Part shown: piece by piece, positions 1 through 9,619 of the stretch | Position numbering within the stretch: position 1 is the first letter of the stretch | Layout: each line of letters begins with the position of its first letter | Virus record (IMG/VR): IMGVR_UViG_3300029305_003884 | Location: 1-64,000 of that record | Length of the DNA stretch: 64,000 nucleotides | Strand: one strand, 5' to 3' | Source of the DNA: a virus | Taxonomy: Duplodnaviria; Caudoviricetes | Program-made: the position numbers and the translations under genes | Notes under the pieces: model-generated | Databases searched by the model: none | What the model was told of the DNA's origin: nothing | What the model saw: the letters and a program-made list of their open reading frames with translations, nothing else

Positions 1-1881
1 GACAAGTACAACACGCCGACCACAATCGGCGTGCAGGTACCGTTCGGAACAGCAACTCAGTACGGAATTGGCGACCTCGTCGCATTCGTTCCTCAGAAGA
101 CGAACAAGGCAGCTGACGACCAGACGGAAATCTTCGGCAAGGACGATATCTACGTTGTCCAGAACATCAACACGTTCAAGGACATCGTGATTTTGAGCCA
201 CCACGGAGATATCGAATTCGACGAGTATACGGGTAAGGCTAACAAGTTCGGTGCGAACAGCGAATGGAAACTGGTCGACCTCACTGCATCCAATGCAAAC
301 ATCTGGGTGGCTGGCAAGGATGGCTTGACATTCAATATGCTCGGTGCATACGACCTGACGGTTCCTGCGAACGTACAGGAAGAAAACTTCATCGTTCCTG
401 GTGAACACGAGGAAAGCGACCCGTACAAGGACCTGCTCGACTTCGCATACTCTACCTACAACGGTGGCGTGATGCAGCGTACCGACAAGCTCCTCGTGAG
501 CGACGAAATCGGTGCTTCGTTCAACGCAATGGGTCTCGCATCCGTCAAGTACGAAGATGTGAACTTCAATGGCGTTGCAAAGCAGGTGTATGTGCTTTCT
601 ACGGAAGGCGAGGCCATCGCAAGGATGTACCTCTACATCACCTACCACTTCAACGGCAAGAGCTACGAGATGGAAGGAACCATCGTGCCTTACGTGCATG
701 ATGACGGTAACCTCTACATTGGTGACGTGGCCGACTCTGTTCTCACGAACAGCGGTGCAAGGCTCCTCATCAACGACAGCGGCATCCTCGACAACTTCCT
801 CACGAACAACTCTTACGATATGTCCCAGAGTGTTGAAAACGGACGTCTCGACTCTGTTTCCACGATGCTCGCATACGATGAACGTGACCCGGCCATCATC
901 AACGACGCAATCTGGGAATACACGCCAGCCAACAACAGCGACACCGCTACCCTTGCAAACGCTTGGAACCTGTTCCTCGACAAGGATGGCACGGACGTGT
1001 CTATGCTCATCGGTGCTGGTACTGGTGTCACGAACCTGTTCAAGAAGGACCGTGAAGTTCTCGACGGTACGGTCATTTCCGCAATCCTCAATGTCTGCGA
1101 ACTCCGTAAGGACTGCTTTGCTATCCTTGACGGCGTAGGCGAAGCCAACATCGAGACTACCCTCAGGAAGATGATTGGTTCACAGGGCTTCGGAGTGAAG
1201 GGCCGTTGGGGCGCTATCTACGATGGCCGTGGCATCTTCTTCGACAGCTACTACACCCTCATGAACGTCGAAGTGGTGAAGTCCGTACAGCTGGCCTCCA
1301 TCATCACGGCAAACGCTGCCAACGGTATCTGGTGGTTGCCGCCTGCTGGCGAAATCAACGCTGTCATCCCGACGGAATGGGGCGTAACCGAAAAGTATCC
1401 GAGAACCTTCAAGTATCCAGAAGACACGGATTCCAACATCGCACGTCTGACCGAAATCAGGGTCAACCCGACTCGTTTCAACAGCCGTGGAATGTTCATC
1501 TGGGGCGACTTCACGATGCAGAAGGAAAGCTCAGCATTCGACCAGATTCATGTCGCTATGCTCTTGGCTGGTATTCACAAGATGTTCTATCACTACCTCG
1601 ATAGGAAGGTCTTCCAGTTGAACACCACCAACCTGCGTACGAACATCCAGTCGGACCTGCAGGCTCAACTCGATGCAATCATGAACTCTAACCCGGCTGG
1701 TTTGTACTCAGGTACGGCTATCTGCGACGACACGAACAACACGCCTGACGTAATCGACAGGAACGAGTTGCACGTTGACCTCCGCTTGAAGCCAACCAAG
1801 ACCTCTCGCTGGATTACATTGAGAACTATTGTTGAATCCAATGGTTCTAGCAACACTCAGACCACTTCACTTTATGTGTAA
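1..1881 (+). CDS. Contractile tail sheath protein (T4 gp18-like), 5'-truncated by window edge
   Basis: Frame is open from base 1. Sheath C-terminal motifs: WWLPPAG, RVNP..FNSRGMFIWGDFT, FDQIHV, ICDDTNNTPDVIDRNELHVDLRLKP. Confidence 0.95.
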   Translation, partial: DKYNTPTTIGVQVPFGTATQYGIGDLVAFVPQKTNKAADDQTEIFGKDDIYVVQNINTFKDIVILSHHGDIEFDEYTGKANKFGANSEWKLVDLTASNANIWVAGKDGLTFNMLGAYDLTVPANVQEENFIVPGEHEESDPYKDLLDFAYSTYNGGVMQRTDKLLVSDEIGASFNAMGLASVKYEDVNFNGVAKQVYVLSTEGEAIARMYLYITYHFNGKSYEMEGTIVPYVHDDGNLYIGDVADSVLTNSGARLLINDSGILDNFLTNNSYDMSQSVENGRLDSVSTMLAYDERDPAIINDAIWEYTPANNSDTATLANAWNLFLDKDGTDVSMLIGAGTGVTNLFKKDREVLDGTVISAILNVCELRKDCFAILDGVGEANIETTLRKMIGSQGFGVKGRWGAIYDGRGIFFDSYYTLMNVEVVKSVQLASIITANAANGIWWLPPAGEINAVIPTEWGVTEKYPRTFKYPEDTDSNIARLTEIRVNPTRFNSRGMFIWGDFTMQKESSAFDQIHVAMLLAGIHKMFYHYLDRKVFQLNTTNLRTNIQSDLQAQLDAIMNSNPAGLYSGTAICDDTNNTPDVIDRNELHVDLRLKPTKTSRWITLRTIVESNGSSNTQTTSLYV

Positions 1882-1894
1882 TTGGAGGTAAACT

Positions 1895-2620
1895 ATGGGT
1901 ATCAACCAGACAATCGACGACGAATTGAAGAAAAAGGTGTTCTTTGGCGCTGTCATTGACACCCTCGCCGACCCGTATAGGACCAGCCGTTGGAGGATGC
2001 TGATTTCCACAGAAATCTTCCACGCCTTCGGCATGGGCCTTCAAAACCACGACCAGTTCGACATCCAGGACGGCGAAGCATCCTTTGCTCTCTACGTCCA
2101 GGAACCGCCTGACATTCCAGCCGTCGAGTTGGAATCCAAGGCGTTCCAGTACATGGGCTTCAACAAGCACTATCCTGTCGGTCAGCACGGCCTCGATGGT
2201 ACATTCTCCATCGGCGGTGTGTGTACCGAAGATATGGCTCCGTATGAAGCCATGATGGAATGGCGTAACCTCATCTACAACACGGGTGAGCTAACCTTGG
2301 CAAACCGTTCAGACGCCAACTGGCAGACGAACCGTATCGCCCAGGATTCTTCTAACCACATCCACCTCGGTCTCGGCCAACAGGCCAACTGGCCTAACCC
2401 GACCGTGCGGCTCCTCCGTAACCAGACGGTTACGCTGGAATACTACGACTGGATGTACGGTGACTGCATCTTCTCCATCACGTATATCAACGCATGGCCG
2501 CGGACTGTCAAGTTGCCGACGAAGGGAACTTACAACGTGGCTGAACTCGGTACTTGGAACGCAACGTTCCAGTACGACAGGTTCACCATCTGGATTCCGC
2601 CTGGATACAAGCACGTCTAA
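1895..2620 (+). CDS. Tail tube protein (gp19-like)
   Basis: Directly after sheath with SD GGAGG. Motifs DPYRTSRW, EW..LIYN, YINAWP, TFQYD. Confidence 0.85.
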   Translation: MGINQTIDDELKKKVFFGAVIDTLADPYRTSRWRMLISTEIFHAFGMGLQNHDQFDIQDGEASFALYVQEPPDIPAVELESKAFQYMGFNKHYPVGQHGLDGTFSIGGVCTEDMAPYEAMMEWRNLIYNTGELTLANRSDANWQTNRIAQDSSNHIHLGLGQQANWPNPTVRLLRNQTVTLEYYDWMYGDCIFSITYINAWPRTVKLPTKGTYNVAELGTWNATFQYDRFTIWIPPGYKHV

Positions 2621-2636
2621 TAGGCGTGAAATTAAG

Positions 2637-2668
2637 AAAGGGCAAGCATTGCTTGCCCTTTTCTTTTT
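2637..2668. terminator. Bidirectional intrinsic terminator
   Basis: AAAGGGCAAGC-ATT-GCTTGCCCTTT plus T-run, between convergent genes. Confidence 0.85.
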
Positions 2669-2676
2669 GCCTTAAA

Positions 2677-2850
2677 CTAGGCTGGAATGAACTCGACGTG
2701 AAGGTCTTTTAGCTGACCGTCTTTCTGTCGGTTAATCGTTATGCTCTTTACGGCAACGAGGTTGATACCCCATTTGTTAACGATTAGGTGTGCGACATCC
2801 TCCGCAAGGGAGTCCTTTTTGATTGTTTCAATCAGGTTATCCTTTTTCAT
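2677..2850 (-). CDS. Small hypothetical protein
   Basis: ATG at 2850 preceded by AGGAGG (MKKDNLIE...). Confidence 0.6.
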   Translation of the reverse strand: MKKDNLIETIKKDSLAEDVAHLIVNKWGINLVAVKSITINRQKDGQLKDLHVEFIPA

Positions 2851-2870
2851 ATTTCCTCCTGTGGGTTTCA

Positions 2871-3695
2871 TCATACACCGCCGTAGGTTTCGTAGTCGCC
2901 TACAATCACTTCCAGAGAGCATGGGGAATTATTGAAGTCCAGGTCCTCGCCAATATCGTCTGGCCTGATTGTGTAGTCATGCTTGTTCGCAATGGACTCG
3001 TCAAGGGCGTCGGACAACATTTCGTCAGCCTGCTTGCCAGTAATTTCGTCGTCCAGATACTTGGCTCCCTCGAAATAACCGTTGCTCTCCTTATACTTGA
3101 ACGGGTTCGGGAACTTACGCTTGCTCTCCTTGTGCCAAAGTTCCTGGTAGTTCATGAACGCACGCTTTGCCTTTACTGGGTCACGACCGATGTAGATTTT
3201 ACGGTCTTCGACATCCATGTCGTGCTGATAGGTCACCGTGACAATGTACAGCGGGGCGTTCATCTCGGCCTTCAGGTGCTCAAACACGTCCTTCGCCAAC
3301 GCCTTCAACGCCTCGACATCACCTTCCGTACATTTTTCGCCAAGCCTGTAATTGGCATAGCGTTCGGCGGCAACGTTAACCGTTTCAAGCATCTTCTGTT
3401 CAAGCTTTTCGTCAGCCTCGTGCTTCTTCTTGAACTCCGCTTCTAGCTTTTCCTTTTCATTCTCCAAGTCAATGCGGTTATTATTCCACATCTGCTTGGT
3501 AACTTCCTTACGGGTCCTGTTGAGCGCCTCGGTATTGTTCTTGTTCAGCTTTTCCTTGAACGCATCAATCATGTCGCCGATATTGTCGGTCTGCCTACGC
3601 AAATCTTCCTTGTAAGCATCACAAATCTTGTCTTTCTGTTCTTGAGTCAAGCCCATCGAGTCAAGGGCCGCTTCTAGTTTTGAACTTGGGTTCAT
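2871..3695 (-). CDS. Hypothetical coiled-coil protein
   Basis: 274-aa charged helical ORF in a tightly packed minus-strand cluster. Confidence 0.7.
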   Translation of the reverse strand: MNPSSKLEAALDSMGLTQEQKDKICDAYKEDLRRQTDNIGDMIDAFKEKLNKNNTEALNRTRKEVTKQMWNNNRIDLENEKEKLEAEFKKKHEADEKLEQKMLETVNVAAERYANYRLGEKCTEGDVEALKALAKDVFEHLKAEMNAPLYIVTVTYQHDMDVEDRKIYIGRDPVKAKRAFMNYQELWHKESKRKFPNPFKYKESNGYFEGAKYLDDEITGKQADEMLSDALDESIANKHDYTIRPDDIGEDLDFNNSPCSLEVIVGDYETYGGV

Positions 3696-3718
3696 ATCAC
3701 CTATTCCTCATTTTATTG

Positions 3719-3937
3719 TTAACCTTCAAACGGAATCGGATTGGTAATATCCTCACCAACCCAGTTACCCCTTATTCGGGCATCCACGCACATCTGACGA
3801 GCATCGTCCCATGCCTCCTGAGATACCTGGAAATTTTCGGGAACCTTTGTAGGAGAACTGAAAATCAGGGTATCGTTGCAGTAGAAGCAAGTCCTGCCTT
3901 CCTTCTCTCTAACGCTAGTCACTTCAAGCTTTGCCAT
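3719..3937 (-). CDS. Small hypothetical protein
   Basis: Packed minus-strand ORF with AAGGA SD and a CxxC. Confidence 0.55.
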   Translation of the reverse strand: MAKLEVTSVREKEGRTCFYCNDTLIFSSPTKVPENFQVSQEAWDDARQMCVDARIRGNWVGEDITNPIPFEG

Positions 3938-3945
3938 AAAATTCC

Positions 3946-4311
3946 TTATCTAAAATAACTACGCCACTTGGTACTGAGATTGACAACCTCGATTTTACCC
4001 CACTGATAGGTTGTCGAACAGAAGTGGCCAGCATGTTCAAGTTCGTGCTGCTTGTGATGGGTACGATGATACCAGTTCAAGTATCGTTCTACTGCGGCAC
4101 TTGCAGATTCCGCCTTGATGCGACAATCTGGGTCCCACTCATAAGGTGGTCCGAACTGGTAACGGGCACAGTAAATTTCATAGATAGGCCAGTGAGGAAG
4201 CCCGTTTCTTGCCCAACGGTAAAAGTTTTTCTTTGCGGTAAGGCAAGCATACACCCATAATACGAGTATGACAAAAACACCTATACCAACTACCAATAAA
4301 AACCAGAACAT
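3946..4311 (-). CDS. Hypothetical membrane-anchored protein
   Basis: N-terminal hydrophobic segment MFWFLLVVGIGVFVILVLWVY; SD GGAGG. Confidence 0.65.
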   Translation of the reverse strand: MFWFLLVVGIGVFVILVLWVYACLTAKKNFYRWARNGLPHWPIYEIYCARYQFGPPYEWDPDCRIKAESASAAVERYLNWYHRTHHKQHELEHAGHFCSTTYQWGKIEVVNLSTKWRSYFR

Positions 4312-4313
4312 AG

Positions 4314-4496
4314 TTACTCCTCCGCAGCATCTGCGATTTCAGACTTTGCTTCCATATTCAAGCGCTGCCGTATGCTCTGGTCATAGAATGCACCACGCTT
4401 TGCATGCTCGTTCCTCTGACTGCTCTTACAATCTCGGGGAGTTGGCCTGCTCAGTTTGCGCCCGTTCAGTTTCTCGTGCTTGTTTTTCGATGTCAT
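4314..4496 (-). CDS. Small basic hypothetical protein
   Basis: Likely start MTSKNK at 4496 after GAGGA. Confidence 0.55.
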   Translation of the reverse strand: MTSKNKHEKLNGRKLSRPTPRDCKSSQRNEHAKRGAFYDQSIRQRLNMEAKSEIADAAEE

Positions 4497-4503
4497 AGCA
4501 TCC

Positions 4504-4821
4504 TCATTTATCATCGCTTGTCGTCTGCGAAGATGTATAAGTAGGGTCGTAGTCTTTTGACGGTATCGGCTGACATCCATATACAGCAATAGGCTTAGAC
4601 ATCTCGCAACCATATAGAGCGACAACAGGCGGCTTATACGGGAGGTCAGGCTGACCGTCCTTCGGCTTTTCAGGAACCAGCTTACGCATCATACCAATCC
4701 AGTCGTCGTCCTTATACTTTTCCATCAAGGCTTCTCGCCCAGGGATAAGACCACGGGTAACCAACTCCTCGAACTCATCTACGGTGCATGTAATTTCTAT
4801 GCTGTTATATACGAGTTTCAT
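4504..4821 (-). CDS. Hypothetical protein
   Basis: Likely start MKLVYN after GAGGT; twin VALYGC/IAVYGC motifs. Confidence 0.55.
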   Translation of the reverse strand: MKLVYNSIEITCTVDEFEELVTRGLIPGREALMEKYKDDDWIGMMRKLVPEKPKDGQPDLPYKPPVVALYGCEMSKPIAVYGCQPIPSKDYDPTYTSSQTTSDDK

Positions 4822-4834
4822 GTTCACCTCATTA

Positions 4835-5104
4835 TTACACGTACTCTTCGTCAGGAAGTTCTCCATGCTCCTCGTAGTATTCCAGAGCAGCGATGGCTTG
4901 TTTTACCGACTCGACAGGAAGGGCGGCAACACAGAAGTCGTTTTCATAGCGGTCAAGTTCCTGGTTGTCCTGGTCGAAAATAACCTGACCCTTGTCGCCG
5001 CAGTAGGCGCATTGGGATTCACGGTCGTAGAACTTTTCGGTCACACCCAGTTTGAGCTTGTCGTTTTTGAGCATCGCATCAGCGAGTTCTTTTCTAGTTA
5101 TCAT
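4835..5104 (-). CDS. Hypothetical protein
   Basis: Packed ORF, overlaps upstream stop. Confidence 0.55.
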   Translation of the reverse strand: MITRKELADAMLKNDKLKLGVTEKFYDRESQCAYCGDKGQVIFDQDNQELDRYENDFCVAALPVESVKQAIAALEYYEEHGELPDEEYV

Positions 5105-5327
5105 GGGTTACCACCTTTGGTTGAGCGTCACGCACTTCATTTCTTCCATGTTCTTTTCCGATTTGATATGCGGCTATTATGATATTTTCACATTGTCGCC
5201 ATGTAGCAGTCAGAGAGGACTCGGCCCAATCTTGAAGAACATCAAGAATCGTATGGTCTTCCTTAACCTCCGACTTCATCTGTTCGGCAAGCTCATCGAT
5301 TTCTTTTTTCTGGTCTTCGGAAATCAT
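5094..5327 (-). CDS. Hypothetical protein
   Basis: ATGA overlap with upstream gene. Confidence 0.55.
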   Translation of the reverse strand: MISEDQKKEIDELAEQMKSEVKEDHTILDVLQDWAESSLTATWRQCENIIIAAYQIGKEHGRNEVRDAQPKVVTHDN

Positions 5328-5776
5328 TGCGCCCCTCCCCAGTTAATAGGATACCACTTCTCGACAGCATCCTTGTCGCACATGTAATCGTCGCCGTCCT
5401 CGGTATCCCAGCAGTCGCATTCCTTATTCCATACAGCGAACTGACGACCCTGGAAGCTAGGCCAGATTGCGACGGGCTCGTCATTTTCTGGAAGTTCATC
5501 CTTGGTAAGATGCCAACCGCTGCCTAGACAACCTGGCTTGCAGTTAATCGGAAGCATATTCTTGTTCACGTATGCAAAGTGAGTGAATTTCGTGTCTTTA
5601 AGTGGTAGAATACCACCTAATTGACCCATTATGCGAAACTGACCATTGACACTCATTCCAGTGTACAGAATTTCAGGTTCTTTTTCGCTGACAAGGAAAA
5701 GAAGGATGCTGTCACGAGGAGTTTCCTTGCCAACCTCGTACCAGTTGAGTTCTGCTTGACATCTCAATTCTGACAT
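5324..5776 (-). CDS. Phage protein with two DUF551-like repeats
   Basis: WYEVGKETP... and WHLTKDELPENDEPVAIW...W motifs. Confidence 0.55.
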   Translation of the reverse strand: MSELRCQAELNWYEVGKETPRDSILLFLVSEKEPEILYTGMSVNGQFRIMGQLGGILPLKDTKFTHFAYVNKNMLPINCKPGCLGSGWHLTKDELPENDEPVAIWPSFQGRQFAVWNKECDCWDTEDGDDYMCDKDAVEKWYPINWGGAQ

Positions 5777-5794
5777 ATTGACCTCGTTCTGTTA

Positions 5795-5950
5795 TTACTT
5801 TTCCCGATAGTAAAGGAAGACATCGTACTCGCAATGAGAGATAGATACGACCTCTATTTTATTTTCATTTACAAACTCGCAGCATTTCGCCGCAGCGCTA
5901 GTCCTGGACTCATACGTTCCATAAAAATGCTGAAATTTAAGCGGTTTCAT
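5795..5950 (-). CDS. 51-aa hypothetical protein (not in ORF track)
   Basis: MKPLKFQHFYG...YYREK fills the gap between neighbours; SD GGAG upstream. Confidence 0.55.
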   Translation of the reverse strand: MKPLKFQHFYGTYESRTSAAAKCCEFVNENKIEVVSISHCEYDVFLYYREK

Positions 5951-5964
5951 TTTACCGTTCCTCC

Positions 5965-6150
5965 CTACTTCATGTAGAGTTCTTCAAGTTCGTCGGCCAC
6001 ATCACGCATCGTATGGGAGGCAATCCATTCGGGCTTCTTCTCGATTAAATCCCTGACAAGTTCGGATTCATCGTATGCCTGACGTGCAAAGTTCAATACT
6101 CCGTCACTGCATTTGAGGTGCATTATCTTTTCACGGTCATCGTTGCACAT
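5965..6150 (-). CDS. Small hypothetical protein
   Basis: SD AGGAGG upstream. Confidence 0.55.
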   Translation of the reverse strand: MCNDDREKIMHLKCSDGVLNFARQAYDESELVRDLIEKKPEWIASHTMRDVADELEELYMK

Positions 6151-6165
6151 GTTCCTGTCCTCCTG

Positions 6166-6318
6166 TTACGGGCACCACCACGGCGTTTCACATCCTTCTT
6201 TTTCTGCAGGAGGGTCCCAATACGGGTTGCCTGATTCTTCGCCAGAACCAGCAAGCAACTGGGTCTGAAGGTCGCCTTCGATGATTTCCATGGTGGGTTT
6301 TACATATTGTCTTTTCAT
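6166..6318 (-). CDS. 50-aa RiPP-precursor-like peptide (not in ORF track)
   Basis: Translates as MKRQYVKPTMEIIEGDLQTQLLAGSGEESGNPYWDPPAEKEGCETPWWCP. ATGA overlap with upstream stop; SD GGAG. Confidence 0.7.
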   Translation of the reverse strand: MKRQYVKPTMEIIEGDLQTQLLAGSGEESGNPYWDPPAEKEGCETPWWCP

Positions 6319-6719
6319 ATTTTCTCCAAAGTGTCAAAGATTTTAAGGGTTTCCGTAAGCTTTTCTTCATCGTACGGGAAAGTTTCCGTTGCGTTGCTGC
6401 ATTTCAAAGCGTACGGCCTGTCTGGATAGACATAGTACTGGTTGAACCTGTTTACGCATGAGGCACAAATTTCCAGCTTTCCATCCTTATACTCGAAATC
6501 GCAAAGCATCCGCTTGTTAGGCTTACGCCTGTTACAAAGCTCCGCCCGATAGGTCACGGATATTGTGTCCATTTTGATTACGGATTGAAGTCCATACCCT
6601 GCGGGCATGGACTTCTTTACAAGTGTACGGACAACGGATTTCAGCTTAGCTTCGGTGTACACTGACCGCTTGGCTAGGCTGCAAAAATAATCTGGGCTGT
6701 TAGGCGTAGTCATATTCAA
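6315..6719 (-). CDS. Hypothetical protein
   Basis: Packed ORF downstream of the methyltransferase. Confidence 0.55.
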   Translation of the reverse strand: MNMTTPNSPDYFCSLAKRSVYTEAKLKSVVRTLVKKSMPAGYGLQSVIKMDTISVTYRAELCNRRKPNKRMLCDFEYKDGKLEICASCVNRFNQYYVYPDRPYALKCSNATETFPYDEEKLTETLKIFDTLEKI

Positions 6720-6723
6720 TTAC

Positions 6724-8214
6724 TTATCCAATATAGATAATTCTCGGTTCCTTGATAAGGCTCAACCTGTAATTCAGGTAGCATTCCAGGTCATGCGAAC
6801 TGAATGTGTAGTATCCGCCGCTCTTGTAGTTCTTCAGCATAGCCACATAGTCGGTAAATCTCTTTTCCGTCAACAATGCGGTCAGTGTTGGCACGGGGAC
6901 TCGGCAATCGTTACCCATGACGTACAGGCCAGCGTAAACACCCTTTCCAGGGTCAACAAAGTTCACCTTTACCGTGTCTGGGTCCTTGACTACCGTATTC
7001 ACGGCAAGTTTTCCCTTGTACACGTCGTTGATTGCCTGTGTTCTACCGAAGTGGCACCAGTCAAGGCCAGCCCTGTCCTTCCTACCCTTCAGAAGTTCAG
7101 CCTTGTGATGGACAAGGAAGGCTTCGACGGAATCGTCCATCGAGTCGCCGAAACGGTGAGGCTTCATCAGGTCTTCCTTCGGAATCGGATGTCCTCCAAC
7201 GTCATACGGGTAGAAACAGGTTCCCCACTTTCCAGTAGAAGCTTTCAAGACAGGAATGCAGTACATCCTCGGGAGGTCATCGGCGTCGATGAACACCTTG
7301 TCCGCAAGGGTAGCGAAACCGTTCTTGACAATAACCTTCTTCGGATAATTGCCAGACTTTATGTCACGAAGTTCTTTCAACTCGCTATAATTGCCGATGT
7401 AGAACTTCCCTTCGATGTTCATGTCATCCAGGGACAGTTGGTTACAGTTGTCGTTCAACATCTGGTCCAGTTCGTTGAAGTTGGCGACCTTGACCCTAGA
7501 ATTATGCAAACTCTTGTCGATACAGGTAATCATCGAGTAGGTCGTGATTCCCTTGAACACCTGCTTGTGACCGAAGTCGATTAGGCACGAAAGATTGCCG
7601 TTTTCCAACAGGTAGTTACGGAACGCCGCTCCCGACGTGGAATGCATCCATGACGACGGGGTGATGTAAGAGAGTTTACCCGTGTCATTCAGCATCCTGA
7701 TACCAAGCTCGAAGAAAGCCAGGTATAGGTCGCACATTCCCTTGTCCGCAAACTTGTAGTTCTTGACTTCCTTGTACAGCTTCCCGAGATTGTGTACACG
7801 GACATAAGGCGGGTTGCCGATGACATAGTCCATCTTGCCGTCATAGTCATGTACGGCTAGGGAATCAGCCAATCTGATGTCCCATTTCACATCGACGATA
7901 CCGTAGACGGAAACGCCTTCATCGAGCCTTTTCTTCAACTGGCGGAAGTTAGCCTTGTTGAGTTCGATTGCATGGATATAGGTTTCCAATGAATCCTTCA
8001 ATCCACGCTTGTTTCCTTTGGTACGAATATACTCGACACAATATCTGGAAACAGCGGCAACAACGATGTTTCCATCGCCTGCGCTGTTGTCAATGAAATG
8101 CTTTTCCAAGATATGTTCGGCATCCGTGTACCCTGCGACATCGAGAAGGATGTTCACAATATACAACGGGGTAAAAATTTTCCCTTCTTCTTTCAATGCA
8201 TTGTTGCTAATCAT
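6724..8214 (-). CDS. N6-adenine DNA methyltransferase (gamma class, TaqI/Eco57I-like)
   Basis: Motif X GKIFTP, motif I DNSAGDGN, motif IV GNPPY, DLYLAFFE, YITPSSW. Confidence 0.92.
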   Translation of the reverse strand: MISNNALKEEGKIFTPLYIVNILLDVAGYTDAEHILEKHFIDNSAGDGNIVVAAVSRYCVEYIRTKGNKRGLKDSLETYIHAIELNKANFRQLKKRLDEGVSVYGIVDVKWDIRLADSLAVHDYDGKMDYVIGNPPYVRVHNLGKLYKEVKNYKFADKGMCDLYLAFFELGIRMLNDTGKLSYITPSSWMHSTSGAAFRNYLLENGNLSCLIDFGHKQVFKGITTYSMITCIDKSLHNSRVKVANFNELDQMLNDNCNQLSLDDMNIEGKFYIGNYSELKELRDIKSGNYPKKVIVKNGFATLADKVFIDADDLPRMYCIPVLKASTGKWGTCFYPYDVGGHPIPKEDLMKPHRFGDSMDDSVEAFLVHHKAELLKGRKDRAGLDWCHFGRTQAINDVYKGKLAVNTVVKDPDTVKVNFVDPGKGVYAGLYVMGNDCRVPVPTLTALLTEKRFTDYVAMLKNYKSGGYYTFSSHDLECYLNYRLSLIKEPRIIYIG

Positions 8215-8567
8215 AGTTTCATTCCAACTTTTTCAAGCACTATCGCCTTGGCAGAGTTGTAATCCATACCAAATTCTTTCATGTATGCAGAGATTTCCGC
8301 CTTGATTTCGGCAACACGCTTTCCTCTTGTAGGATTGTACTGCATGTTCAAACGCATTCCATGCAAGCAGTCAAATGCGTGAGCCTGTTGCTTCTTCGTA
8401 AGATGGAAGAAGCTCTGGGTATTTGTCTGGAGCAGGATGTCGTCTACCTTCGGGTCACGTTCGAGAGCAACCTGCACCAGGAACGGCTCAAATACTTCCT
8501 CTTCCTCGACAGAAACAGGAACACCAGCCATGCGGTTTCTAAGAAATTGTGAAACACTGAATTTCAT
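8211..8567 (-). CDS. Clamp loader small subunit (T4 gp62-like)
   Basis: Directly after gp44-like gene; FEPFLVQVAL...LTKKQQ resembles the gp62 N-terminus. Confidence 0.6.
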   Translation of the reverse strand: MKFSVSQFLRNRMAGVPVSVEEEEVFEPFLVQVALERDPKVDDILLQTNTQSFFHLTKKQQAHAFDCLHGMRLNMQYNPTRGKRVAEIKAEISAYMKEFGMDYNSAKAIVLEKVGMKL

Positions 8568-8568
8568 T

Positions 8569-9618
8569 CTAGCCTGCCGTAGGTTGAGCCATCTTAAGTA
8601 ATCCGTACTTGTACAACAAGAGGATAACCTTGGATATGTAAGCGTTGACGACGGTGTAAGGGTTCACCTGGAATTCGCTCATCTGTTCGTACTGGCCCGT
8701 AATGACACAGAATTCAAGCCTTGCCATCGGAGGAAGGATATTCTTCTCAATGATGATGTCGGCAAATTTGTGGAACAGGCTATCAAAGTCAACATAGTTG
8801 TCAAGGACAAACTTACGGGCACCCATGTCGTCACCAGCAAGCACAAACTCTACCAACTTGTTCGTGTACTCGGTGGTAACAACCGTGATTTGACCCTTGA
8901 TTGAACAACGGTTTTCAAGGAAGTTGTTGAACATCGTTGATGTCATCAGTCGCATGTCTGGGTAGCACTTCTCAACGATTTCAGCCACAGTGTTCTTGTC
9001 AACAGTACCATTGTAAGGAGCAGTCTCTTCCTGTGCGATTTCCATCATTTTCTTGTACATTGCATTCTTCACGTCCCTGTCGTCCTTGGGGTAGTCAAAC
9101 GATACAGCAAAACACCGTGAAGCGATTGCGTCTGGCAGGCGATGGAAAGCGTTGCACGTCAAAATGAAACGAATTGTACTCTGGGTATCTTCGATAAGAC
9201 CTTGCAGCTTTCTGTAAAATTCCTCGGGTCTGTTCGGATGGTCAGCCTCATCGAGAACAACGAACCTCGGTAGACCATTCGGGCATGCCAGAGCAGCATA
9301 GCTTTCAATGCCAGTGAAAATGTCTGACTGTTCACGTGCGGAGAAGAACTTAAAGGAAGTTCCAAGAGTAGTAGGAATCGCCTTTGATAGTGTAGTCTTA
9401 CCAGTTCCAGATGCAGTCGAGTAGAACACATAATGTCCAAACGCATTGAGCTGCAACGCAGTCTCGACCTTATTCCTGATACTTGCTGGAAGAACCATTT
9501 TGTCAACGGTAAGCGGCTGATGTTTAACCACCCACATTTCGTATCCACCCTTGGCTACTGGGATACTTCTTTTTTCCTCTTCTGGAATGTCTCCTGTAAG
9601 CAAATCGAGCTCGTCCAT
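8569..9618 (-). CDS. Clamp loader AAA+ subunit (T4 gp44/RFC-like)
   Basis: WVVKHQP, Walker A GTGKTT, Walker B LDEAD, FILTCN, SRC, YPDMR. Start set at MDELD after GGAGAG. Confidence 0.93.
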   Translation of the reverse strand: MDELDLLTGDIPEEEKRSIPVAKGGYEMWVVKHQPLTVDKMVLPASIRNKVETALQLNAFGHYVFYSTASGTGKTTLSKAIPTTLGTSFKFFSAREQSDIFTGIESYAALACPNGLPRFVVLDEADHPNRPEEFYRKLQGLIEDTQSTIRFILTCNAFHRLPDAIASRCFAVSFDYPKDDRDVKNAMYKKMMEIAQEETAPYNGTVDKNTVAEIVEKCYPDMRLMTSTMFNNFLENRCSIKGQITVVTTEYTNKLVEFVLAGDDMGARKFVLDNYVDFDSLFHKFADIIIEKNILPPMARLEFCVITGQYEQMSEFQVNPYTVVNAYISKVILLLYKYGLLKMAQPTAG

Positions 9619-9619
9619 T

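Noticed and set aside
2871-3695. N-terminus KLEAALDSMGLTQEQKDKICDAYKE as a member of the leader family
   Set aside because: Only a partial match, in an early-type cluster with no TATAAACTA. Left out of the core set pending an HMM test.
6188-6370. 60-aa ORF from the track
   Set aside because: It overlaps the upstream gene out of frame; the 6166..6318 frame has a coupled start, SD and a recognisable leader.
6724-8214. Complete restriction-modification system
   Set aside because: No recognisable endonuclease is adjacent; treated as an ordinary orphan protective methyltransferase.
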